Assembly: GCF_006345805.1 (NCBI RefSeq)
Contig: NC_043024.1
Coordinates: forward strand, 13,578,001 to 13,642,000
From: Octopus sinensis
Taxonomy: Eukaryota
Length of the DNA: 64,000 nt
Direction: 5' to 3'
Under the pieces are notes generated by a model. That model searched no databases and had not been told where the DNA came from. It saw only the letters and a program-made list of their open reading frames with translations. Position 1 is the first letter of the stretch, and each line of letters starts with the position of its first letter. The position numbers and the translations under genes are program-made. Positions 27,264 through 37,774 of this stretch are shown piece after piece.

Positions 27264-27499
27264 TACTAAGCAATAAAGGGTTTAGCAACGAATTGCCTTA
27301 CCACATACGAATTTAGAAATAGCAGTCAAAGAGTTATAGCTATTTCTTCTACTAAAAAGGGAGATCTCAGTAAAAACAGCAATTGCTGTTTTACTGAGAT
27401 CTCCCTTTTTAGTAGAAGAAATAGCTATAACTCTTTGACTGCTGCTATTTCTAAATCGGTATGTGGTAAGGCAATTCGTTGCTAAACCTTTATTGCTTA

Positions 27500-27502
<3 letters not shown>
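27264..27502. repeat. near-perfect ~240-bp loopless palindrome
   Basis: Centre CAGCAA|TTGCTG (27382/27383). The arms are reverse complements apart from a few substitutions and small indels. Confidence 0.95.
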
Positions 27503-27547
<45 letters not shown>

Positions 27548-27570
27548 ATATACATATATATATAGAAATA

Positions 27571-27643
<73 letters not shown>

Positions 27644-27676
27644 GATTATTTAAAAGCACCAGAAATATAACAAAAG

Positions 27677-27714
27677 CAGTTACTCAGAGTTTCAAGTTTC
27701 AGTTCGTCAGACAG
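27677..27714 (-). ncRNA. minimal type I hammerhead motif (left arm of inverted pair)
   Basis: CTGT-CTGACGA-ACTGAAACTT-GAAA-CTCTGAG-TA-ACTG. Core intact; stems I and II have mismatches. Confidence 0.55.
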
Positions 27715-27735
27715 TTTTATTAAATTAAAACAAAA

Positions 27736-27773
27736 CTGTCCGACGAACGGGAACTTGAAACTCTGAGTAACAG
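27736..27773 (+). ncRNA. minimal type I hammerhead motif (right arm of inverted pair)
   Basis: CTGT-CCGACGA-ACGGGAACTT-GAAA-CTCTGAG-TA-ACAG. Stem I CTGT/ACAG is perfect, GUA triplet present, U4 changed to C. Confidence 0.55.
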
Positions 27774-28750
27774 GTTTTGTTGAATTTCTGCTACTTTTAA
27801 ATAAAGCATATTACTCTGTTTCTGGTATTAGAGTACTCTTTTTTTCACCTTGTTTCAGATCTATATGCATACTGTGTGTATGTATATAGGTATATATATA
27901 TATGAATATACACATATGCAAATACATACAAACGCAGGCTTAGGCTTAACACCTATCCTTCCATGCCATGCAGAACATTAAAATTTGTAACAACGTTAGT
28001 GTCGAACACAAGGCAATTAAACATGAAAATGAAAAGCATGTGAATACAATAATATTATTCGCAATGCCTTGAAATGCAGATTTTCTCTTTTCTCATAAGC
28101 AATATTAAGTATCATATCTCTATACATATGTGCACAGGTTATTAATGCAGATTATACACTCTTAACAGTGTTGCAGTGTTATTTATTAAACGACTACTCC
28201 GTAGGCCTTCAATTTCCTTTCAAAATAGAAATTCAAAAACAACATACCATTCATAATTTCATTCCGCAGTACGCGTATTGTTTTCTCAGCGCCGTATACA
28301 ATTATACGTCTCTATTAGATTTGTATAGGTATTTTTTTAAAACATTTAACATTTTACCTAATACATTCGCGTAATAATATGTCATTCGGGTAGTATTATT
28401 GTTGTTGCCATCCTTCCTTGTTGTTTTCGTTGTTCTTTAAATTTATTTTTATTCTCTGTTTAATAACTCATATCTCGCGTTATGTTTGTTTCAACGTTCT
28501 TCATTGAAAGATTTCCATTTGTAAAAACACATAATAGATTTTAAATGGATTTCTACAACAAAAACGAACAAACACACTAACACACATGCACACTACACGG
28601 GCTTCCATACACACACGAGAAACACAAATATATACATACAATATATACAAATATATACATACAAATATATACAAATATATGCATGTGTGTGTGGGACTTA
28701 TGATAAGTAATAGGGATCAATAAATCCAAGCAAATATATATAAAGCACGC

Positions 28751-28787
<37 letters not shown>

Positions 28788-29724
28788 ATATATATATTAT
28801 TATATATATATATATAATATATATAATACATATATAATATTAATGCGTACATATGCTCGTTAAATGTATAAATATATATATACTTACCTATGTATTAGTA
28901 TGTCTGCTTGTTCGTGCGTGTGCGTATGTGTGTGTGTATGTGTCTATGCGAGTGTGTGTGATAAGATGTTTACTTGACAACCACATGTTTTCGGGTTCAG
29001 TCCCACTGTCTGGCAATTTAAGCAAGTATCTTCTACTATGACCAAAACCTTATATGTACATTTGCTAGACGGAAATCGAAAGAAGCATGTCGTATATAAT
29101 TGTATTAGTATATAAATATATATATATATATATATACAGGTAGCTATGTATATGTATATGCATGCGTGTGTGTGTGTTTGTTTATGTCTATATACATATA
29201 TATGTATATAACTCCTCCGATGTTGATGAAACTTGACACGTGCCGGGGCAGATGCTCATGCGGTCACTTACGCACTTAGAATTTTTTTTTAATGAATTCG
29301 ATTATTTTTAATCAGCTTCGTTTTGTCAAACATCAGTAGAACATTTCAATGCAAATTCTCGTATGAAAATTATTTTCTGCTATACTTTTAATGTTTTCAA
29401 CTGATTTTCTTGAAGTTTTATACCACAATGGAATATGCCCTAAGGAATGGGGGTGAGTCTAATAAAGACAATGGTGACAGAGGTACAAGGAAAAATTTAT
29501 CATCATATTCAGGTATAAACCTTTTAAGGTGCTGTATAAAACAGGTCCAGATATACGCGCCATTTGCATAGTTTGTTTTATGTGTATTGTGATCTCTCAG
29601 ATTATAATTGCAATACGAATCACCTGAGGAGAGGCAATCTTCACAAAAGGCAAAGACAGGTGAAGGAACACAAACTGGTTGTATTAATTTAATGCTCTTT
29701 AACAGAAAGGATTGAGAGTGAAAA

Positions 29725-29824
29725 NNNNNNNNNNNNNNNNNNNNNNNNNNNNNNNNNNNNNNNNNNNNNNNNNNNNNNNNNNNNNNNNNNNNNNNNNNNN
29801 NNNNNNNNNNNNNNNNNNNNNNNN
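29725..29824. other. assembly gap (100 N)
   Basis: Run of N; true length unknown. Confidence 1.
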
Positions 29825-30282
29825 ACAGCAAATATTCTGCTCAATACCACCACAGTTTTGCTTGTCAGTTGTTTGACCTTAACCAGTTGAGCATGTCCCT
29901 TAGTGGCTGACGATATGTGTGCATCTCTGATCACGAGCAGAAGTAGTGGGGGAGTTTCATAGCCATGTGTTGAGAAGGACTCTTTGGGGTTTGAATAATT
30001 CACCTCTGGAAACATGGGTGTTTCGTTCAACGTCCTTAAACAACCCTTATTCAGGGACCTTTTGAGCAGGATGGATTACTCGATCTGAAGAAAATTCTAA
30101 CTGGGCTCCACCTGCAAGGTCATGTGCTGTTTATCTTGATATGAGATCACCATGTCGCGCACAAATGGTTGTGCTGCATGTGCCTGGTGTATCCTTATCA
30201 GACGGGTAGTCATGATGGGTATACTGGGCTTCGTATATTTTACCCCAGTGTCACTTTGGTGGCATGCTCTGCTCGCTCACTC
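29825..30282 (+). mobile_element. repeat family E (non-autonomous retroelement-like, (AAT)n tail)
   Basis: Highly similar to 50527-50984. Ends CTCACTC and is followed by ~370 bp of (AAT)n. Confidence 0.8.
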
Positions 30283-30313
30283 AATAATAATGATAATAAT
30301 AATAATAATAATA

Positions 30314-30346
<33 letters not shown>

Positions 30347-30357
30347 TAATCATAATG

Positions 30358-30406
<49 letters not shown>

Positions 30407-30534
30407 TAATCTTAATGATAATAATCATAATAATAATAATAATAATAATAATGATAATCATAATCATAATAATAATAATAATAATAATGATAATAATAAT
30501 AATAATGATAATCATAATAATAATAATCATAATG

Positions 30535-30581
<47 letters not shown>

Positions 30582-30603
30582 CATAATCATAATGATAATA
30601 ATC

Positions 30604-30654
<51 letters not shown>

Positions 30655-30786
30655 TTTAGACATTCCCTAGTACAACACTAAAAAAAACCCAAATATATGA
30701 CAAGAACTTCCAGCATGTTGTCTATTGAGGTCTCTGGGTGAGACTTGGAGCCAACTTGTACAAATATAAATCAAAAGTAAAACATA

Positions 30787-30828
<42 letters not shown>

Positions 30829-30859
30829 CAACAACAACAACAACAATGATAATGAAAAC

Positions 30860-31241
30860 AACAAAAGCACTCAGAGAAAGCAAACTTCCGCCGAAGCAAC
30901 ACCAACGTGCTCTCAATGCTTAGCCGGAGATGACTTTTAAATTCAGAATATCTGAAGTGAACTCGACTGCTCACAAATGTCAATGTGGACTCTTTACCTT
31001 TTGACCAGCAGACACATTTAAAAATTAACCCGACCGCTCTCAAAAATTAAGTAAAAAAAAAAACGGAAAAATAATCCAGAATCCTTGCCCGGTGCCGGAT
31101 TGATCCCAAAATCTAATTATTGCGTGCCAGTCACGTAGCTAAACATCCCTGAAAGCTTTATTCGAATCCATCCGGCGGTTCTTGAGATGTCATGTCAACG
31201 GACAAACACAACTGAAAACAGTCTTTAGGGAAGGCGGGGGA

Positions 31242-31245
<4 letters not shown>
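30860..31245 (-). mobile_element. Helentron/HINE-like non-autonomous element
   Basis: Reverse-complement homologue of 37405-37774. Subterminal CCGCC/GGCGG inverted repeat and a terminal CTCTGAGTGCTTTTGTT end. Confidence 0.55.
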
Positions 31246-31276
<31 letters not shown>

Positions 31277-31487
31277 GAAGAAAGAAGAAGAAGAAAGAAG
31301 AAGAAGAAGAAGAAGAAGAAGAAGAAGAAGAAGAAGAAAAAGAGGAGGAAGAAGAAGAAGAAGAAGAAAAAGAGGAGGAAGAAGAAGAAGAAGAAGAAGA
31401 AAAAAAGAAGAAAAGGAGGAAGAAGAAGAAGAAAAAGGGAAGAAGAAGAAGATGAAAGGGGGAGAAGAAGAAGAAGAAGAAGGAGAA

Positions 31488-31522
<35 letters not shown>

Positions 31523-31595
31523 AGAAGAAAAAGAAGAAGAAGAAGAAGAAGAAGAAGAAGAAGAAGAAGAAGAAGAAGAAAAGAGAAGACAATGA
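31242..31595. repeat. (AAT)n/(GAA)n microsatellite
   Basis: Directly visible. Confidence 0.95.
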
Positions 31596-32034
31596 CAGCA
31601 AAAGAAGCAGCAGTTGCAAGTCCAAGGTGAACAAAAGCTTCTTTTTTTTTTCATTTCACCCAAGCAATAATCGAATAACTACATTGAAATGTAACCGAAG
31701 GCTCAAAGGTTTCATCTCTAGAAAACATTTGAGTTTTTAATGTAACTTAATTTTTTTTTTTACACCAGATTATTTTATAAACAACGGCAATCCATTCCTG
31801 AACATTTCGCTTTTGCTCAGGTATTTCTAACGCAATACTACTCTATTGAAAATCGCTACAGCTATCAGATTCTTTAAGACGGAAGAAAATTTGTTTTAGC
31901 AGCTACTTCTAGCAGGACAACTCGCCACGTGAAGGTTTCTTTATTAATGACAAGTAATCAATAAAGCTGTCCTTCCATAGGCGCATAAAAAGCTGAGTGT
32001 CCTTCGTTTTAATGGCATTTGCTTAACAGGTCTA

Positions 32035-32585
32035 CCGCTACGTTCTGAGTTCGAATTCCGCCAAGGGCAACTTTGCCTTTCATACTTTCAGGCTCGATTA
32101 AATAAGTACCAGTTACTCACTGGAGTCGATATAATCGACTTAATCCGTTTGTGTGTCCCCAGAATGTAGCGGCTGAAGAAATACCTATTTCTTTACTACC
32201 CACAATGGGCTAGACACGGAGAGGACAAACAAGGACAGACAAACGGATTAAGTCGATTATATCGACCCAAGTGTGTAACTGGTACTTAATTTATCGACCC
32301 CGAAAGGATGAAAAGCAAAGTCGACCTCGGCGGAATTCGAACTCAGAACGAAGCGGCAGACGAAATACATATTTTTTACTACCCACAAGGGAGTAAACAC
32401 GGAGAGGACAAGGACAGACAAACGGATTAAGTCGATTATATCGACCCAAGTGTGTAGCTGGTACTTAATTTATCGACCCCGAAGGGATGAAAGGCAAAGG
32501 CGACCTCGACGGTTTTTGAACTCAGAACGTTGCGGCAGGCGTAATACCGCTAAGCATTTCGTCCAGCGAGCTAACTCACCGCCCA
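32035..32585 (-). mobile_element. family A SINE cluster (plus-strand fragment, then minus-strand multimer)
   Basis: Repeated family A cores, with tail-body junctions at about 32175-32200 and 32355-32380. Confidence 0.88.
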
Positions 32586-32621
32586 AATTTCTGTTTGATA
32601 TCATAAAACTCATTAGTGATG

Positions 32622-32680
<59 letters not shown>

Positions 32681-33700
32681 GGAAAGAGACCTAGAGTGAC
32701 AGACAAGCAGACAGGCAACAAGAAAAAGGCAATAAAATGATGCTTGAAGTAATATTAGAAGCCAGAAGAGAAGTTCGAGTTTTGGGTAATGGAAGATTTG
32801 CTTCTCTAGAGCTTTGTCGAGTTTTACTGAAATAATTTCCTACCGATTCTTACTGATTCGAGAATATTTTTTTTTTCTGGTTTGGAATTTGTAAGCTATT
32901 CATTAATGCTTTTGTTTAAATGATTACATCAGGGTTAAATCTTCCGTTGATTGAAGTGCGTAATGGATTGAGTTTTTGCCACACGTTTAATCGCACTTTA
33001 TGGACGCTAGCTTGTACAATGCAAATAGTTTATAGCCAAATACTGTATGTACGCAGAACGAAATGTATACTTCGTCTAATCAATCCTAGTAATGGCGATT
33101 TGTTTCCATCTGGGTTTTGAATTATGCATCAGAATTTTACTGATTGCTTCTTGCTGTCCTCTTGTTTTTCTTCACCGATGCCATCTTAAGCTGTTCCAGA
33201 TATAATATTTCATCATCACATCGGCTTCTTACGTATTCTGTTTACTGAAAAGTCATTCCAGTTTTGGCATTATAAGCAGCGGATGTGAATTCCAGGTATT
33301 GCAATAAAACAGCATTATATCTCTCGGCGTATGTAATTTCCCACACACACAAACACACACACAGACACACAAACACACACAACACACCACACACACACAC
33401 ACCACACACACACACACATATATAAATAGATGGATAGATATAGAAGGCGGATAGAGATACAGAGGAGGAGAGAGGAAATCAAACAGACAGCTGAATAGGA
33501 GACTTGATATATATATATATATATATATATATACTATAACATATATATGTATATATATAGATAATAGATAGATAGATACGATAGGTATATGTATTTACAT
33601 ATATAGGTATATAGGTGTATATATATATATAATATATATATATACATATATATGTATATATATAGATGATATATAATAGATATATGTATTTACATATATA

Positions 33701-33752
<52 letters not shown>

Positions 33753-33763
33753 GTATATATATA

Positions 33764-33795
<32 letters not shown>

Positions 33796-34644
33796 GTACA
33801 TGTTATACATACATATATATGTGTGTGTATGTATATATGTATGCTTAGGTAGATTACCCTGATGCTATAAAAGGATAGAGAATCGGAGAGGACGGAAAGT
33901 GACAGAGGAAGAGAGAGAGATAGGGAGAGAGATAGGGAGAGAGAGAGTCACGTGTTTATCGATTATCTAGATGGCAACAGTTTAAATGTGCATCTTCAAA
34001 AGTAACACAATTCCGGATAGAAAGCAGACCTTTGATCGAAGACTGTTGATGCCGGTAAAAGACCAAACATTTAAAGAGGAAAGTAAATCTTTGTATAAGA
34101 AAAAAAACAACAAAAAAAAACAACACAATATAAATGGAGGCTCTTAAAATATGGATACGTTGAGGCTTAGAGTGTATAAAGATAAGACAATTAATTAAAA
34201 CAAGTTATATATATATATAGGTATATATATATATACATATATATACATTCATATATATGTATGTATGACTGTATACATTATTATATATGTGCGTATACAT
34301 ATATGTATATACTTACATTTACTTATGTACGTATGAAGGTATATATATTTATGAATGCATATATACGTAATATATATGTATATATATATGTATAGGCACA
34401 CGCGCAAAGACACAGACGAACGCTTATATATGTACGTTTGTGTTTGCGGAAGTAATTAAGGATGCGTGTGTGTGTGTGCGTGCGTTTGTGTTTGTATTCT
34501 CTACATAACAATGTCTGCATTAATAAATATGATTTGCTCTCCCTAGAGGAAACAGAATTTGTATTTTGCTGAATTCAATATTATGAGTAGAAACAATGCA
34601 TTTATGTATAAGGAAGTAATTCTGTCACTCCCATGTATATGCAT

Positions 34645-34682
<38 letters not shown>

Positions 34683-34799
34683 CATATATATATATATATA
34701 TATTAATAGATATGCATAATATATCTATATAATATATATATATCATATATAGATATATTATATATGAAGAGAGGGGGAGGGGAAGAGAGAATATTGCAT

Positions 34800-35140
34800 T
34801 CGTGGTGAGCCGTCTGCTATCTCACTAGCTCCGTCCACAACACGCTTTGTGGTCTGCGCTAGTTGACTTATCACGTGACTTTGCCTACAGACCATTCTCG
34901 CAATCATTACCCAACCTGAAAAATACGATCCGCCATTTTTTTCTTTTCAATGTTTGAACGAAACTCGGCTATGCTACAAATTCGAAATCTTTAGTCTTCT
35001 TTTCGGCAAACATTAAGTCAAGCAAATAATTTGTGTCTCTTACGCATATCACTGACAGTTATACCTCAATTTAATGTTGCCAAATTCTTGGAAAACACTA
35101 GAAATCATGGGACAAATTCGTGAATTTTTTAGTGAGTCAG
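34800..35140. promoter_or_regulatory. candidate (divergent) promoter region
   Basis: Non-repeat, relatively CpG-rich. E-box TCACGTGAC (34871-34879), YY1-like CCGCCATTTT (34930-34939), and ATG-plus-donor motifs on both strands. Confidence 0.3.
34916..34936 (-). CDS. candidate first coding exon MADRIFQ
   Basis: aaaATGGCGGAT start context, then CAG|GTTGGG donor (alternative donor GG|GTAATG 5 nt further on). Confidence 0.25.
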
Positions 35141-35587
35141 CTGTCGAAATAAGATTTGAATGATAGATTCTTTGCAGAAGATTTCTGCTGAAAACCTTTG
35201 CATTGCATCGTGCATTTACATATTTGCTCCCCAGTTTGGGAAAATATAGATAAATACTAGTAACGGAATTTATATCAATTTCCATATATGTATATATATA
35301 TATGTGTGTGTGCGCATACATGCATAATATAAGTTGTATATATATATAATTTTAAGCGATTATCTCCCTTACACCGGAAGAAATCACTTATTATCTAGAT
35401 CACCGCTCAACGTAAACCTAACGATGTAAGAAATTTGAAAAGCTGAACGCGAAACCGGTCATTCCTTCTAAATTATGTCATTGTAAGAAAAAAATTTATG
35501 ACATTCTTCAGACATATTGTCTCAAATATATATTTTTTAACCTTTTAAAACAAGCCTTCTGTAGCTTTTTCACTTTTTACTATTTTC

Positions 35588-35619
<32 letters not shown>

Positions 35620-35624
35620 TATGC

Positions 35625-35800
35625 ATATGTGGGCTCAGGACGTCCTTAAACGTCTACAACAAAAAATACGAAGCACGAGTACATGGAACATAAACTACAA
35701 AAGACACAAATGGAAAACAAATCAGACAACATGAAGAACGATTCTTCAGGTTTTCACTGTTTTTCTTCTCCCGTATTTTGAGCATTTAACAACAATATAC
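35625..35800. repeat. unclassified repeat family H, copy 1
   Basis: Shares CAGGACGTC...CAAATGGAAAACA...AAGAACGA..CTTCA with 43497-43665. Abuts a TA tract. Confidence 0.55.
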
Positions 35801-35934
35801 ACTTTCGATGAAGCATTTGTTCCCGCAAAGCAAATTAAATAAGATTCGAGATTTTGCGGAGGGTCAAAATTGCTGACACAAACAGGACAGTTAAAACAAA
35901 CAGGAAGCCAAACAAGGTTGTGTGTATATGTATG

Positions 35935-35984
<50 letters not shown>

Positions 35985-36021
35985 ATGTGTGTATGTGTGT
36001 GTGTATGTAGTGTATATATGT

Positions 36022-36055
<34 letters not shown>

Positions 36056-36139
36056 ATATATATTAATATAAAACAATACCAACTGTTTTTTCCTCAAACC
36101 TTTTATAATGTATACAAGTCTTTGGTGTAGCAATTACAC

Positions 36140-36232
36140 GCGGCTGAAGAAGGCTTTTGATCTATCTGTTATATCGATTATGCATTGACGTAAGAATAAG
36201 TTGTTCTATAAAGCCCGAAACATAAGTACCGC
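36140..36232 (+). ncRNA. type I hammerhead ribozyme with long stem-II insert (best preserved in window)
   Basis: Stem I GCGG (36140-43)/CCGC (36229-32); core CTGAAGA (36144-50); stem II GGCTTT (36152-57)/AAAGCC (36210-15); GAAA (36217-20); stem III AC-ATAA-GT; GUA cleavage triplet (A36228). Confidence 0.7.
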
Positions 36233-36346
36233 AACAATCCTTTGCGTCCTGTTTTTCATTTATTTCATTTGATATATATATCCTATTACCTATGCTACTA
36301 GCTGACATATACAGGTGCTTACATAGATAAAGTATTCACCCTGAAT

Positions 36347-36390
<44 letters not shown>

Positions 36391-36721
36391 TATTATACAC
36401 ATATCCTCTGATCTATTCACTCTTACACCGTTCTCCTAATCTAAATGTTTGCCGTCTTCCCTGAACTATACATCGACCTACCAGCGTATCTATATAATAG
36501 CTTCGTCTCAATTTGTCTCTGTTGCTTCTCGCTTAAACAGCTCCGTTATTATCACTTTAATCATTAATTTCTTTTCGAATACCACACTTATATACATTTC
36601 CCAAATATTTGTTTAATTCTCTTGCATCGGCTTCGAATAACTTTATGGTCTTCAAATTATAGTCGTTACATAGGAGTATTGTGAATATATTCCATAATTT
36701 CTTTATGGTTTCCTTTAACAG

Positions 36722-36775
36722 GTAGAGAATGTATATCCGCACATTCATTCCTTCTGAGAATAAACGCGAAATATT
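36722..36775 (+). CDS. candidate 54-nt symmetric exon
   Basis: Acceptor ggtttcctttaacAG, donor GTAAGT. Only phase 1 is open: RECISAHSFLLRINAKY. Confidence 0.25.
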
Positions 36776-36784
36776 GTAAGTCGT

Positions 36785-37230
36785 CAAGACAACGAGCTTG
36801 CAGAATCGTTAGCACGCCGGGGAAATTCTTAGTGGCATTGAATATTTATGTTCTGAGTTCAAGTCCCGTAGAGTCGACTTTCCCTTTCGTCTTTTAGGGG
36901 TCTATAACATAAATACTAGCTGCGCATTGAGGTCTATGTAACCGATTTTACTCATCCCCCGAAAATGCTGGCCTCGAGCCGAAATTTGGAACCAATGTTA
37001 TTTGTTTACTGCCTACAAGGAGCTACACACAGAAGGGACAAACAAGGACAGACAAACGGATTAAGCCGTTTATATCCACACAAGTTGGTAACTTGTACTT
37101 ATTTAATCGACCACGAAAGGATGAAAAGCAAAGTCGACCTCGGCGGAATTTGAACTCAGAACGTAACGACAGACGAATTACGGCTACGCATTTCGCCCGG
37201 CGTGCTAACGTTTCTGCCAGCTCGACGCCT
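36785..37230. mobile_element. two family A SINEs tail-to-tail (alternative-tail copy on +, standard copy on -)
   Basis: Head GAGCTTGCAGAATCGTTAGC on plus; reverse-complement full copy at 36998-37230. Confidence 0.85.
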
Positions 37231-37404
37231 TATTTGGAGCCAATATTTTTATATTTAGCAGAACACACACATATACATAAGCAAGCACACATGCAAATCT
37301 CACGTGCGCATATACATCGATAAATATACAAAAAATACATTTACATGTGGCTGTTAATATGAACCATTTCAATAAAATCTGATTAAAGTATTCCTTATTG
37401 TGAT

Positions 37405-37774
37405 TTATTACCTCCGCCTCAGCGAAGGCACAGGTATTGTTTTTAGTCGCGTTTCTTTATTTGTTTGTGTGATTGTCAGTGGACAAGACAACTCAAGAAC
37501 CGCTGAAGGGATTTGGATGAATGGATTTCAGGGATGTTTGGCCTCGTGGTGGTCACGAATTAATTAGATTTTGTGATCGATCCGGTACCGGACAAGGAAT
37601 CTGGATTATTTTTCTTTTTTTCTTACGTTTAGAGAGCGATCGGGTTAATTTTTAGTATTCTCGTTTGTGAGATCAGTCGACTTTATTTTCATTTTTAGAA
37701 TCATCCCCGGGTAATCGTTGAGAGGATGTTGCACTTGCCTGGGTGGATGTTTGCGCTCTCTGAGTGCTCTTGTT
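37405..37774 (+). mobile_element. Helentron/HINE-like non-autonomous element
   Basis: Starts TTATTACCTCCGCC and ends with the hairpin GCGCTCTCTGAGTGC followed by TCTTGTT. Second copy at 30860-31245. The classification comes from general structural resemblance. Confidence 0.55.

Noticed and set aside
33135-33190. Possible exon LKMASVKKNKRTARSN linking MADRIFQ to the exon chain at 1-1888
   Set aside because: Phases fit, but both splice sites are weak and such chains are easy to build by chance.
35418-35460. CTAACGA...GAAACCGGTC
   Set aside because: The 3' half looks like a minimal hammerhead, but G5 is mutated and stem I does not pair; too degraded to call.
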